Positions 20,372-31,814 are shown, counted from the stretch's first letter. The stretch: 64,000 bases of DNA from an uncultured Gammaproteobacteria bacterium (GCA_963705725.1 CAVPKM010000013.1:64001-128000); one strand, 5' to 3'. The notes: generated by a model not told the origin, from the letters alone. Numbers and translations are program-made.

Positions 20372-21453
20372 ATGTTACTTTGGCTAACAAAATATCTTGA
20401 AAAATTTTGGCATTTTTTTCATGTTTTTCACTATCTGACATTTAGGTCTATTTTGAGTACATTGACGGCATTGGTGCTCTCATTGCTAATTGGTCCTTAT
20501 ATGATTCAAAAGCTTACAGATTACCAAATTGGTCAGACCGTTCGTAATGATGGTCCAAAGACCCACTTGAAAAAAAAGGCACCCCAACCATGGGTGGGGG
20601 GTTAATTTTAATTGCGATTGCATTTAGTATTTTTTTATGGGGGGATTTAACCAGCAGCTATGTTTGGATAGTGTTGCTGGTAACCCTATGTTTTGGTGCA
20701 ATTGGTTGGGTGGATGACTATCGGAAATTAATTAAAAAAGATACACGTGGATTGCCAGCTAAATGGAAATATCTTTGGCAAACAGTGGTTGGATTGCTCG
20801 CAGCTATTTTACTTTACCATATTGCAAAATTGCCTGTTGAAACACGCTTAATCGTTCCCTTCTTTAAGAATATATTTATACCGCTTGGAATAATGTACAT
20901 TCCTTTTGTCTATTTTGTCATTGTTGGTGCAAGTAATGCAGTAAATTTGACAGATGGATTAGATGGCTTAGCGATATTGCCAACCGTGATGGTGGCGGGT
21001 GCATTAGGGGTATTTGCCTATACCACGGGGAATTCTCAATTCGCGAATTACCTGGGTATTCCTTATATTGCAGGCGTAGGTGAGGTCGCGGTCTTTTGTG
21101 CGGCCTTAGTTGGAGCCGGACTTGGCTTTCTATGGTTCAATACTTATCCCGCTCAAGTCTTTATGGGAGATGTGGGGGCGCTGGGTTTGGGAGCGGCCTT
21201 GGGTGTGGTTGCTGTTGTCGTGCGACAAGAATTAGTGCTGCTAATTATGGGCGGAGTTTTTGTCATTGAAACCATTTCTGTTATTTTACAAGTTGCGAAT
21301 TACAAGCTGACAGGCAAACGTATTTTTAGAATGGCTCCTCTTCATCATCATTTTGAGTTGAAAGGTTGGCCTGAGCCGCGCGTTATTGTTCGATTTTGGA
21401 TCGTCACCTTTGTGCTGGTGTTGTGTGGTTTAGCTACCTTAAAACTTAGGTAA
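20372..21453 (+). CDS. mraY: Phospho-N-acetylmuramoyl-pentapeptide transferase, apparent frameshift in poly-A near 20570-20578
   Basis: N-terminus MLLWLTKYL...[10 protein letters not shown] joins (GTPT)MGG...[13 protein letters not shown]...MAPLHHHFE. Confidence 0.95.
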
Positions 21454-21488
21454 TCTGAACGGTTGGGCACTTTAAGAGGAGAACGATT

Positions 21489-22832
21489 TTGATTAAACGT
21501 GATGGTAAAGTCATCGTTGGACTTGGAAAAACAGGTCTCTCATGTGTCAACTTTTTGAAATCGAGAGGAGTGCCGGTAGCAGTTACCGATAGCCGCCTAG
21601 CACCGCCTGGATTAGAAGAGTTGGTAGCGGCTTTTCCAGATATTCCAGTGGAAGTGGGCGGATTTAATGAAAAACTCCTGCAGGCTGCAACAGAGTTAAT
21701 CGTGAGTCCCGGTGTTTCCATTAAAGAGCCGCTTATTGCAGCTCAGCAAAAGCGCGGGATATCAGTGATTGGAGATATTGAATTATTTGCAAGGTATGTT
21801 GAAAAACCTGTTGTCGCTATCACGGGATCAAATGGTAAAAGTACCGTGACGTCCTTGGTGGGTTTTCTTGCAGAACAAAGCGGCAAGAACGTAAAAGTTG
21901 GAGGCAACCTTGGTATTCCCGCACTTGATTTGTTAGGCAATGAGTTAACAGAGATGTATGTGTTGGAGTTATCTAGCTTTCAGTTAGAAACCACTTACAC
22001 ACTTAAGACAGCCTCGTCGGTGAATTTGAATATTTCTGCTGATCATATGGATCGATATGATAGCCTGCTTGATTATGCTAAAGCTAAATTGCGTATTTAT
22101 CAGCATTGTGAGCTTCCAGTAGTTAATTTAGATGATCCTTTAAGTTATCAGGGATTTCATTTCTCCACAGAGCCTGCAGGTTTTACTCTCAATGAACCAA
22201 CTGGAAATAATTATGGATTGAGAACCCTAGCTGGAGAAAAATATCTGTTTCGTGGTCAGGAAAAATTACTGCCAGTTAATGCGCTGGGGCTTCGAGGTCG
22301 GCATCAATATGCAAATGTTCTGGCTGCTTTAGCGGTGGGCGAACAAATTGGGCTTTCCTTACCATCCATGCTTAAAAATATTGTCGAATTTAAAGGTCTA
22401 TCTCATCGCTGCCAATGGGTTGCAAATATTGACGGGGTAGATTGGTATAATGATTCTAAAGCAACAAATATTGGTTCTACTGAAGCCGCTCTTTCAGGAA
22501 TTGGTCCTGAGATAAATGGAAAAATTGTTTTATTGGCAGGAGGTCAAGGTAAGAACGCGGATTTTAGTGAGTTATATCAATCGATTTCACAATTTGTAAA
22601 AACCCTCATTCTATTCGGGGAAGATAAGTCTCTGATTGCACGAGATGTAGAGGGCGCAACAAGCATTCAGTTCACAGACGATTTAGAATCGGCGGTGATG
22701 ATTGCAAAAAAATTAGCCGTTGAAGGAGATGTGGTGCTGTTATCGCCTGCTTGTGCAAGTTTTGATATGTTTAAAAATTTTGAACATCGAGGAGAAATGT
22801 TTATGTGCTTCGTCAGGAGGCTAATCGCTTGA
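21489..22832 (+). CDS. murD: UDP-MurNAc-L-Ala--D-Glu ligase
   Basis: ITGSNGKSTVT, LELSSFQLE, NDSKATN, LSPACASFD. Confidence 0.97.
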   Translation: MIKRDGKVIVGLGKTGLSCVNFLKSRGVPVAVTDSRLAPPGLEELVAAFPDIPVEVGGFNEKLLQAATELIVSPGVSIKEPLIAAQQKRGISVIGDIELFARYVEKPVVAITGSNGKSTVTSLVGFLAEQSGKNVKVGGNLGIPALDLLGNELTEMYVLELSSFQLETTYTLKTASSVNLNISADHMDRYDSLLDYAKAKLRIYQHCELPVVNLDDPLSYQGFHFSTEPAGFTLNEPTGNNYGLRTLAGEKYLFRGQEKLLPVNALGLRGRHQYANVLAALAVGEQIGLSLPSMLKNIVEFKGLSHRCQWVANIDGVDWYNDSKATNIGSTEAALSGIGPEINGKIVLLAGGQGKNADFSELYQSISQFVKTLILFGEDKSLIARDVEGATSIQFTDDLESAVMIAKKLAVEGDVVLLSPACASFDMFKNFEHRGEMFMCFVRRLIA

Positions 22833-23983
22833 TTCTAAAAAAAAACAAGCAACAGCAAATATTTCTCGATCCGTGGATTTTAACTGCCAGCCTATCGATA
22901 ATGATGATTGGCCTATTGATGGTAACTTCCGCATCGATGGTAATTTCAGAACAGATTTTTAATTATCCTTTTCACTTTCTTTTTCATCAGTTGGCCTATT
23001 TGGCGCTAGGTGGTATGCTCGGCATCCTCCTCTTCCGGGTCGATCTTCATCGCGTGCGAGTGGTTGGAAACTATTTATTTATTGCTTGCCTATTTTTCTT
23101 AATGCTGGTGCTGATTCCTGGCATTGGTCATAAAGTGAATGGCAGTACTCGGTGGATTGGGTTTGGTCCATTAACTTTACAAGTATCCGAACTTGCTAAG
23201 TTCAGCGTTATTCTCTATCTGTCAGGATATTTGGTCCGCAGAAATGAAGAAATTCAAACCAAGATAACAGGTTTTATCAAGCCCTTATTCCTTCTCTCTA
23301 TTGTTGCCTTTTTTCTTTTGCTTGAACCCGATTTTGGTGCGACCACTGTTATCATGGTGACGGCACTGGGCATGATGTTTTTGGCAAGAGTAAAATTATC
23401 ACAATTTGTGGCTTTATTTGTGATAGTGGCAGGTGCTTTAGTCTTGCTTGCTGTCACCTCTCCTTATCGTTTACAGCGAATTACCACTTTTTTACATCCT
23501 TGGGAGAATCCATTTGACAGCGGATACCAGTTGACGCAATCCCTTATTGCTTTTGGGCGCGGAGGGGTAACCGGTGTGGGGCTCGGGAATAGTATTCAGA
23601 AATTGTTTTATTTGCCTGAAGCGCAAACCGACTTTCTATTTGCTGTGCTTGCAGAAGAAACAGGATTTATCGGCGAATTCATTGTCATTGCGTTATTTGC
23701 ATTATTAGTGGGAAGAATTTTTTATATTGCTAAGCAAGCGCTTGCCCAAGCTAAACCCTTTGAAGCATATTGTGCATTTGGCTTTGGATTATGGCTTGGA
23801 GTTCAGGCCATGATAAATATTGGCGTTAACTCGGGATTATTGCCAACAAAAGGGCTCACATTGCCCTTCATGAGTTATGGCGGGAATAGTTTATTAGTAA
23901 ACTGTGTAGTGCTTGCCATCTTACTGCGAATAAGCCACGATTGTCGGCAGCTGACAAATGTCAGAGTAGTAAAAAGAGTATAA
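22829..23983 (+). CDS. ftsW: SEDS peptidoglycan glycosyltransferase FtsW
   Basis: NGSTRW, QVSELAK, EPDFG, GYQLTQSL, LPEAQTDF, KGLTLPFMSYGG. Confidence 0.96.
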   Translation: MILKKNKQQQIFLDPWILTASLSIMMIGLLMVTSASMVISEQIFNYPFHFLFHQLAYLALGGMLGILLFRVDLHRVRVVGNYLFIACLFFLMLVLIPGIGHKVNGSTRWIGFGPLTLQVSELAKFSVILYLSGYLVRRNEEIQTKITGFIKPLFLLSIVAFFLLLEPDFGATTVIMVTALGMMFLARVKLSQFVALFVIVAGALVLLAVTSPYRLQRITTFLHPWENPFDSGYQLTQSLIAFGRGGVTGVGLGNSIQKLFYLPEAQTDFLFAVLAEETGFIGEFIVIALFALLVGRIFYIAKQALAQAKPFEAYCAFGFGLWLGVQAMINIGVNSGLLPTKGLTLPFMSYGGNSLLVNCVVLAILLRISHDCRQLTNVRVVKRV

Positions 23984-24042
23984 ACACGTACGTTTTAGAA
24001 AAATTCTACTATAACTAAAGAATTAGGTATTTTGGAGAAGAT

Positions 24043-25455
24043 ATGAACTTAAGTTCCAGCATGGAAAATTTCAAAAAAATTCATTTCATTGGGATAGGCG
24101 GCGCTGGAATGGGTGGCATTGCAGAGGTTGTGGTTAATCAAGGCTATGAAGTATCGGGATCTGACCTGAGTGAAAATAATGTTACCCAGCATCTTGAGAA
24201 ACTGGGTGTAAAATTTATTAAGGGTCACCATGAAAATAATATCACCGGCGTTGATCTGGTTGTTTATTCCAGTGCAATTCCCAATAATAATCCTGAACTA
24301 ACGGCCGCCATAAATAAAAATATTCCCCATATTCCTCGAGCCAAAATGTTGGCGCTGTTAATGAGACCTAAATATGGAATAGCAATTGCAGGAACCCATG
24401 GTAAAACCACTACGACAAGTTTGGTGGCGAGTGTGTTAGCTCAAGGAGACCTTCAACCCACTTTTGTGGTAGGCGGGCGACTTGAAAGCGTTGGGACGAA
24501 TGCACAACTGGGTGCGGGTAAATATTTTGTCGCTGAGGCAGATGAAAGCGATGCCTCCTTTCTTTTCCTGAAACCCAAAATTGCAATTATTACCAACATC
24601 GATAGCGATCACCTTAATACTTATAATGGAGAGATGTCAGCGCTGTGCGATTCTTTCTTACAGTTTGTTGCTGAGATTCCACCAGACGGCTTAGTAGTAA
24701 TTTGTGCTGATGACGAAATTGCTATAAGTTTACAAAAAGACATTAAGGCCCCCACCTTGACCTATGGTTTTAATCCGCAAGCAGATATTCAGATTACTGC
24801 TTTTTCCCAGTGTGGCTTGGAAAGTTGTTTTCATATAGTCGATAAGATCAACCAATCAGAATCCGATGTTCGTCTAAGTTTGGCAGGAAAACATAATGCG
24901 CTTAATGCTTTAGCGGCAATAGCGGTGGCTCGTAAGCTTGAAGTCCCAGAAGAAAAAATAAATAAAGCCTTGTCCAATTTTATGGGCATAGGAAGACGAT
25001 TCCAAATTTACGGAGAGGTTGCCATCCCTGATGGAGAAGTAACCGTGATTGATGATTATGGTCATCACCCAAGGGAAATTGCAGCAACCCTTGATGCAAT
25101 TCGCTTAGTTTGGCCAGATCGTAGAGTAGTGATGGCTTATCAACCGCATCGCTATACGAGAACCTTTGCCTTAATGCAAGAGTTTGCCAATATATTATCA
25201 ATTCCTGATGTATTATTGCTGCTTGATGTTTATTCTGCAGGAGAAGAACCTATCCAGGGCGCAGATAGCCAATCACTTTGTCAGCAGATTAAAAAAATTG
25301 GAAAAATTTCACCCTATTTTGTTCCAAGCATTGATCAATTGCCTGATGCAGCAAAACAAGTATTAAAAGATGGAGATATTTTTTTAATTCAGGGGGCTGG
25401 AAGTATCGGACAGATGGCGGCTAAATTGTTTTCAAAAAAAACCGAGCAAAAATAA
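24043..25455 (+). CDS. murC: UDP-MurNAc--L-alanine ligase
   Basis: HFIGIGGAGMGG, AGTHGKTTT, EADESD, DDYGHHP, QPHRYTRT. Confidence 0.97.
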   Translation: MNLSSSMENFKKIHFIGIGGAGMGGIAEVVVNQGYEVSGSDLSENNVTQHLEKLGVKFIKGHHENNITGVDLVVYSSAIPNNNPELTAAINKNIPHIPRAKMLALLMRPKYGIAIAGTHGKTTTTSLVASVLAQGDLQPTFVVGGRLESVGTNAQLGAGKYFVAEADESDASFLFLKPKIAIITNIDSDHLNTYNGEMSALCDSFLQFVAEIPPDGLVVICADDEIAISLQKDIKAPTLTYGFNPQADIQITAFSQCGLESCFHIVDKINQSESDVRLSLAGKHNALNALAAIAVARKLEVPEEKINKALSNFMGIGRRFQIYGEVAIPDGEVTVIDDYGHHPREIAATLDAIRLVWPDRRVVMAYQPHRYTRTFALMQEFANILSIPDVLLLLDVYSAGEEPIQGADSQSLCQQIKKIGKISPYFVPSIDQLPDAAKQVLKDGDIFLIQGAGSIGQMAAKLFSKKTEQK

Positions 25456-25464
25456 GACTAAAAC

Positions 25465-26358
25465 ATGCAACAATTTCGTGGCCAACTCAAAGAACATGAA
25501 AATTTAGCGAGATATACTTCTTGGCGTGTTGGCGGCGTAGCTAGACGTTTTTATAAGCCTGTTAATGTGGAAGATTTATCCTGTTTTTTACGTAGTTTGC
25601 CAGAAAATGAATCGGTAACGTGGTTAGGACTAGGTAGTAATGTCTTGATACGAGATGGGGGTTTGCCAGGTACAGTCATTTTTACTTTAAATCGATTAGG
25701 CAAGATTGAGCTCATTGAAAAATGCAATCAAATTCGAGTAGAGGCGGGAGTCACTTGCGCCAAGCTGGCGAAATTTTGTGCTAAACAAGGCTTTGCAAAT
25801 AGTACATTTTTTGCAGGCATTCCTGGAACGGTCGGGGGTGCCTTGATGATGAATGCCGGCGCTTTTGGAGGAGTAACCTGGGATCATGTGGTTGCAGTGG
25901 AAACAATCGATCGGCATGGAAAATTAAGATTCAGAGCGCCTTCAGAATTCGTAATTCGATATCGTGAAATTGTTGGGCCAAGTGGCGAGTGGTTTGTTGC
26001 TGGTCATTTTACCTTCGATCATGGGAATCCAAGCCAGCTACAACAACAAATTACTTCATTACTCAATAAAAGATCTTCCAGTCAGCCAATAGGGGTATTT
26101 AGTTGTGGTTCTGTCTTTAGAAATCCGCCAGGGGATTATGCAGCACGATTAATCGAGAGCGCCGGGTTAAAAGGCAAGCGGATGGGAGGTGCGCAAGTTT
26201 CTGAAAAGCACGCAAACTTCATTATCAATGAAAATAGCGCATCTTCATTAGATATTGAAACCTTAATTAAGGTGGTTGCAGAAAAAGTAGAGGAGAGGCA
26301 CCAAGTGCGTCTCATTCCTGAAGTGCATATATTAGGTGTGATGGCAGATGATGAATAA
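25465..26358 (+). CDS. murB: UDP-N-acetylenolpyruvoylglucosamine reductase
   Basis: WRVGG, LGLGSNVL, GIPGTVGGALMMNAGA, GSVFRNP, SEKHANF. Confidence 0.96.
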   Translation: MQQFRGQLKEHENLARYTSWRVGGVARRFYKPVNVEDLSCFLRSLPENESVTWLGLGSNVLIRDGGLPGTVIFTLNRLGKIELIEKCNQIRVEAGVTCAKLAKFCAKQGFANSTFFAGIPGTVGGALMMNAGAFGGVTWDHVVAVETIDRHGKLRFRAPSEFVIRYREIVGPSGEWFVAGHFTFDHGNPSQLQQQITSLLNKRSSSQPIGVFSCGSVFRNPPGDYAARLIESAGLKGKRMGGAQVSEKHANFIINENSASSLDIETLIKVVAEKVEERHQVRLIPEVHILGVMADDE

Positions 26359-27325
26359 AATCGATCCCAAACAATTTGGTAAAGTTGTGGTATTAATGGG
26401 AGGCACGTCCGCAGAACGCGAAATTTCATTGGAGTCAGGAAATAATATCCTGCGTGCATTAAAACGAAATGCGATTGATGCGTATGGGCTTGATACAAAA
26501 GGGGATGTCGTTACGGAGTTATTAAGCACTCGACCCGATCGCGCCTTCATTGCCTTGCATGGAGCAGGAGGCGAGGATGGTAGCATCCAGGGCCTATTAG
26601 AATATTTAGGCATTCTTTACACCGGTAGTGGTATTTCCGGATCTGCTGTTACCATGGATAAAGCACTCTGCAAACTCTTGTGGGGAAGCACTGGGATTCC
26701 TACACCCCCTTTTCGGTTAGTGCGAGATTTGGAGTCTGCTGTTAACGCTATGGAGCTATTTGGCATGCCGCTTTGCGTCAAGCCAGTTAGTGATGGGTCA
26801 AGCATCGGTATTACCAAGGTGCTAGCGCCTGAGCAGTTACCCGCAGCCGTTGAAAAAGCGCAGTCTCATTCATTTACCAAGCGCGTGCTGATTGAGCCAT
26901 GGCTGGAAGGGACGGAGTATACGATTGGCATACTGGGAACCAATTCTTTGCCCGTAATTGAAATTCGAACGCCGCGAACTTTTTATGATTATAAGGCGAA
27001 GTACAATGAAGACACCACCGCTTATCTCTGTCCTTGTGATTTATCTGCTGAGAGAGAAGAAACATTAAAAGAGCTAGCTTTTCAAGCTTTTGCGGTGACA
27101 GGATGTAGCGGCTGGGGGCGAGTGGATGTATTAGAAGATGAGGCAGGTCAATTTTGGTTTTTAGAAGTCAACACCGTACCTGGAATGACTGAGCATAGCC
27201 TCGTACCGAAAGCGGCGGAAGTATCAGGCCTAAGCTTTGATGAATTGGTCATTGAAATTCTTTCTTATACAATTATTCAAGAAAAGCTAGCCTTGGCCGA
27301 AGTGGAAAAGCAAGCCATCGAGTAA
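26348..27325 (+). CDS. ddlB: D-alanine--D-alanine ligase
   Basis: MGGTSAEREISL, LHGAGGEDG, GSSIG, YDYKAKY, LEVNTVPGMT. Confidence 0.96.
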   Translation: MMNKIDPKQFGKVVVLMGGTSAEREISLESGNNILRALKRNAIDAYGLDTKGDVVTELLSTRPDRAFIALHGAGGEDGSIQGLLEYLGILYTGSGISGSAVTMDKALCKLLWGSTGIPTPPFRLVRDLESAVNAMELFGMPLCVKPVSDGSSIGITKVLAPEQLPAAVEKAQSHSFTKRVLIEPWLEGTEYTIGILGTNSLPVIEIRTPRTFYDYKAKYNEDTTAYLCPCDLSAEREETLKELAFQAFAVTGCSGWGRVDVLEDEAGQFWFLEVNTVPGMTEHSLVPKAAEVSGLSFDELVIEILSYTIIQEKLALAEVEKQAIE

Positions 27326-27347
27326 ATACCATTCTCAATAAATAACC

Positions 27348-28124
27348 ATGAAAAAAAATCAAAAAAAACGTCATCAAAAAATGAAAATAAAAAGTCTTAA
27401 TGCCATGGTTATTAGGATTTTTTGTTTGTTGTTGCTTTTGTTTAGTATTTTTTTTGTTACCTGCCATTACTTAGAGCCAAAACTCTTACCCATTCGACAT
27501 ATCGCAATGGCGAATCAATTCAAGCATATCAATCTCTTAGCGGTTAAACAGCAAATGCAACCTAGAATAAAAGGCTTTTTTTCAACTAATGTGGCAGAGT
27601 TGAAGCAGGACATTACGAAAATACCTTTTGTTGATCATGTAGTAATTAAACGAGTCTGGCCAGATACACTTCGGGTTGAAATTACCGAGCTCGCTGTGGT
27701 TGGTTGGTGGAATGAAGGAGAATATCTTTCGATTCATGGCAGCACTCTGCCGCTTGATGCAAAAGGTGAGAAACACCTGCCACATTTTAAAGGAACGCTA
27801 AATCAAGCGGAAGCGATGTTAAAAATGTATCAGGTATTTTCAGCGCAATTGCAATTAACTAAGTTATCTATTGAGCGTATTGAACTTAGTCAACGCCAAT
27901 CCTGGCAGATCACATTAAATAACGGAATAACCCTAAAATTAGGACGAACCGAAATGACGCGGCGGCTGCAATCTTTTTTGAAAGTTTATCCCAGAATCAA
28001 AAAAAAATATGATAATAATGTGGATGTCATTGATTTAAGGCATCAAAATGGATTTTCTCTTCACCTGATAGAAAACCGCTTAGCTGAAGACGAATTAAAG
28101 CCCAATTTGAACAAAAAACCTTAA
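27348..28124 (+). CDS. ftsQ: Cell division protein FtsQ
   Basis: TM segment, POTRA motif IKRVWPDTLRVEITE, C-terminal IDLRHQNGF; dcw position. Confidence 0.9.
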   Translation: MKKNQKKRHQKMKIKSLNAMVIRIFCLLLLLFSIFFVTCHYLEPKLLPIRHIAMANQFKHINLLAVKQQMQPRIKGFFSTNVAELKQDITKIPFVDHVVIKRVWPDTLRVEITELAVVGWWNEGEYLSIHGSTLPLDAKGEKHLPHFKGTLNQAEAMLKMYQVFSAQLQLTKLSIERIELSQRQSWQITLNNGITLKLGRTEMTRRLQSFLKVYPRIKKKYDNNVDVIDLRHQNGFSLHLIENRLAEDELKPNLNKKP

Positions 28125-28357
28125 AAAGCTTTTGATTTGCAGAAAATCACGAGTTTTACGTTACTTTGCTAAAGTTTTGATAGTGCTTTTTATTTTCCTG
28201 GCATATACTTTGCCACCTTAGAAAAAAATATTATAACTATTCAGCCTAGAACTGAAGCAGCTAATTTTCAACAAAAAGTTTAATGATAAGTAAAAAGTAG
28301 CGATATCTCCTAATTGAAGCTACTTAAATGGTGATGCATTATGGAGCAAGTTACGTT

Positions 28358-29593
28358 ATGCCAAAAAATCTGGATAAAAATTTAATCGTAGGATTAGACA
28401 TTGGGACAACCAAGGTGGCAGCCCTAGTAGGAGAGGTGGCTGCAGATGGCATGTTGGAAATAATTGGGGTAGGAAGTCATCCATCAAGAGGATTAAAAAG
28501 AGGCGTTGTCGTTAATATAGAGGCAACCGTTCAATCCATACAGCAAGCGATTGAAGAAGCAGAATTGATGGCAGATTGTGAAATTCATAAACCTTATATT
28601 GGCATAGCGGGTAGCCACATTCGTGGAATGAATTCCCATGGCATTGTTGCCATTCGAGATAGTGAAGTAGGCGAACCAGATATCGATCGTGTTATCGATG
28701 CGGCCAAGGCGGTAGTCATTCCAGCCGATCAAAAGATAATTCATATACTGCCACAAGAATTTATTATCGATAGCCAAGAGGGCATACGAGAGCCAGTCGG
28801 TATGTCTGGCGTGCGCTTGGAGGCAAAAGTCCATATCGTGACCGGCGCTGTCAGTGCGGCTCAAAACATCGTTAAATGTGTGCAGCGATGTGGTCTTGAA
28901 GTAGGCGACATTATTCTAGAGCAGCTCGCGTCGAGTCATTCGGTATTGACAGACGATGAAAAAGAGCTAGGGGTGTGCATGGTTGATATCGGTGGTGGCA
29001 CAACGGATATTGCTATTTTCATCGATGGAGCGATTCGATATACTGCGGCCATCCCCATTGCTGGAGATCAAGTGACCAATGATATTGCAGTGACATTTAG
29101 AACGCCTACGAATCATGCCGAGGAGATAAAAATTAAATATGGTACGGCGCTTCCCAACCATGCGCAACCGGATGATGCGATAGAAGTTCCAAGCGTTGCA
29201 AAAAGGCCTTCTCGCTTACTTTCTAAAAAAGCTTTATCGGCGGTGGTGGGTGCACGTTATGAAGAGTTGTTTGCACTGGTGCAGTCAGAAATCAAACGCA
29301 GTGGTTTTTCGGACTTAATTGCTTCTGGTGTTGTCCTAACTGGTGGCGCTTCCTTGGTTAATGGCGCATTAGAACTAGCAGAATCCATTTTTCAAATGCC
29401 TGTTCGATTAGGATTGCCTCAGCATGTAAGAGGGTTGAAAGATGTGCTTGAAAACCCCGTGTATTCAACTGCAGTAGGATTGTTACTCTATGGCCTGCAA
29501 CAAAGAGTCGATGGAAAGGCCGATATTGTCGTTAGGGAAGGGGTGAAGGGAGTGTGGTCGAAAATGAGAAGTTGGTTTCAAGGTAATTTTTAA
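28358..29593 (+). CDS. ftsA: Cell division protein FtsA
   Basis: VGLDIGTTKV, VDIGGGTTD, VLTGG, C-terminal amphipathic WFQGNF. Confidence 0.97.
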   Translation: MPKNLDKNLIVGLDIGTTKVAALVGEVAADGMLEIIGVGSHPSRGLKRGVVVNIEATVQSIQQAIEEAELMADCEIHKPYIGIAGSHIRGMNSHGIVAIRDSEVGEPDIDRVIDAAKAVVIPADQKIIHILPQEFIIDSQEGIREPVGMSGVRLEAKVHIVTGAVSAAQNIVKCVQRCGLEVGDIILEQLASSHSVLTDDEKELGVCMVDIGGGTTDIAIFIDGAIRYTAAIPIAGDQVTNDIAVTFRTPTNHAEEIKIKYGTALPNHAQPDDAIEVPSVAKRPSRLLSKKALSAVVGARYEELFALVQSEIKRSGFSDLIASGVVLTGGASLVNGALELAESIFQMPVRLGLPQHVRGLKDVLENPVYSTAVGLLLYGLQQRVDGKADIVVREGVKGVWSKMRSWFQGNF

Positions 29594-29680
29594 GTATTTA
29601 TCCAGCACAAAATTAATGCGGCTAAACAGGATTTGTCGTCCTGTGCCGAATGGTTACCGATTGTTTTAGGAGTTGATGGT

Positions 29681-30844
29681 ATGTTTGAGTTGACTGAAAA
29701 TTCTCCACATAATGCAGTAATAAAAGTCATTGGAGTAGGCGGCGGCGGCGGCAATGCAGTAGAGTATATGATGCGAGAAGAAATTCAAGGAGTCGACTTC
29801 ATTTGTGCTAATACAGATGCACAAGCACTTCAAAAATCTAGTGCACCCACCTTATTAGCCTTAGGCGAAGGTCTCACAAAGGGATTGGGCGCTGGGGCAG
29901 ACCCCGAAATTGGTCGCAAGGCTGCAGAAGAAAATCGTGATCATATACGTGAAGTGATTGCGGGCTCGGATATGATTTTTATTACAGCCGGCATGGGCGG
30001 TGGAACAGGAACAGGTGCCGTACCAATTGTTGCGCAAATTGCTCGTGAGTTAGGCATTCTGACAGTTGCAGTTGTGACGAAACCATTTGATTTTGAAGGC
30101 AAAAAAAGAAGACAGATCGCCGATTTAGGCATTCGTGAATTAGCAAAATATGTGGATTCATTAATCACCATTCCAAATAATAAATTACTAAGTGTATTAG
30201 GGCCAAATGCCACATTACTGAATGCCTTTAATGAAGCTAACAAGGTATTGCAGGGAGCAGTTCGAGGTATTGCAGAACTTATCACCGTACCTGGACTAAT
30301 TAATGTGGATTTTGCAGATGTAAAAACCGTGATGTCTGAAATGGGTATGGCTATGATGGGAACCGGTGTCAGCATCGGTGATAATCGAGCCACTAAGGCA
30401 GCTGAAGCGGCCATTTCTAGTCCTTTACTTGAAGATATCGACTTGTCTGGCGCGAGAGGCATACTGGTTAATATTACCGCTGGAATGGACATTTCAATTG
30501 GAGAATTTGAAGCAGTAGGAAATGCAGTCAGACCTTACATGTCAGAAGGTGCGACAGTGGTGATTGGCGCTGTAATTGATCCAGAAATGTCAGATGAGCT
30601 ACGAGTAACCGTAGTGGCCACAGGTTTAGGAAGAAAAGAAGAAGTGGCTTCAAGCCATTCTAGCACGCCTCATTTGAAGGTGCTTGAAACCACAAAAATG
30701 GATGGAACATTAGATTATCATCATCTAGAGCGCCCAACAGTAATGCGTAATCAAGCTACAAAAAATAATTGCGACATTCACGAGACCCCTGATATTGATT
30801 ATTTAGATATTCCTGCTTTTCTACGTCGCCAAGAAGAAGATTAG
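29681..30844 (+). CDS. ftsZ: Cell division protein FtsZ
   Basis: GVGGGGGNA, GMGGGTGTG tubulin signature, INVDFADV, LDIPAFLRRQ. Confidence 0.98.
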   Translation: MFELTENSPHNAVIKVIGVGGGGGNAVEYMMREEIQGVDFICANTDAQALQKSSAPTLLALGEGLTKGLGAGADPEIGRKAAEENRDHIREVIAGSDMIFITAGMGGGTGTGAVPIVAQIARELGILTVAVVTKPFDFEGKKRRQIADLGIRELAKYVDSLITIPNNKLLSVLGPNATLLNAFNEANKVLQGAVRGIAELITVPGLINVDFADVKTVMSEMGMAMMGTGVSIGDNRATKAAEAAISSPLLEDIDLSGARGILVNITAGMDISIGEFEAVGNAVRPYMSEGATVVIGAVIDPEMSDELRVTVVATGLGRKEEVASSHSSTPHLKVLETTKMDGTLDYHHLERPTVMRNQATKNNCDIHETPDIDYLDIPAFLRRQEED

Positions 30845-30880
30845 TGCTATTTATTTGATTCTTAGAATAGAGATAACTGG

Positions 30881-31800
30881 ATGATAAAACAAACCACGCT
30901 CAAAACAGAAATGAGTGCAACCGGCATTGGTTTGCACACAGGAGAAAAAGTTTTTTTAAAAATATGCCCCGCACCAATAAATACAGGAATTCGTTTTAGG
31001 CGTATTGATCAAAATCCTGTTATCGAAATTCCCGCTAAAGTTGAAAATGTGGGAGATACCACACTAAATACTTGTCTTATTAAAGATGGCATACGGGTAT
31101 CAACCGTTGAGCATTTGCTTTCTGCTTTTTCAGGATTAGGTATTGATAATGCCTATGTGGATTTAACCGCACCAGAAGTACCTATCATGGATGGCAGTGC
31201 CGGCCCATTTGTTTTTTTGATACAATCAGCAGGCATTCAGGAGCAAAATGCTCCCAAAAAATTTATTAAAATCAAGCGCAAGATTGAGGTTAAGCAGGAT
31301 GATAAATTTGCTGCTATTTTACCTTATGACGGTTTTCGAGCGACCATAACCATAGATTTTGATCACCCCGTTATTAGAAGCGGAAACCAAACCGCAATCA
31401 TTGATTTTGCTTCGAATTCTTATGTCAAAGAAGTCAGTCGCGCGCGAACCTTTGGCTATTTAGCTGAAGTTGAATACCTGCGACGTAATGGTCTAGCGCT
31501 TGGCGGCAGTTTGGATAACGCCATTGTTCTTGATGAATTTGAATATTGAATGAAGATGGTCTACGGTTTGAGGATGAATTTGCAAAGCATAAGCTTTTAG
31601 ATGTTATTGGTGATTTGTATCAATTGGGACATAGTATGATTGGTGAATTCCAAGGATTTAAATGTGGCCATCATTTAAATAATCTATTACTTAAAACCTT
31701 GTTAAAAGATAAAAGTGCCTGGGAAATTGTTACCTTCACAGACGAGAAAAAGCTCCCGCTTGTTTTCCCTGCCGTTGACAGACAAGCTGTATTTGCCTAG
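30881..31800 (+). CDS. lpxC: UDP-3-O-acyl-GlcNAc deacetylase, apparent frameshift near 31540
   Basis: [15 protein letters not shown] and SRARTFG in the first ORF; [10 protein letters not shown] in the second. Confidence 0.95.
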
Positions 31801-31814
31801 ATTACTATAAATTT

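Noticed and set aside
29941-30492. 183-aa antisense ORF, and similar ones at 28493-28864, 60357-60806 and 63030-63599
   Set aside because: Shadow ORFs opposite ftsZ, ftsA, ruvA/ruvB and tolA
14506-31800. Pseudogenisation of cell wall and lipid A genes as a sign of genome reduction
   Set aside because: Isolated single-base indels with otherwise conserved proteins fit sequencing error better
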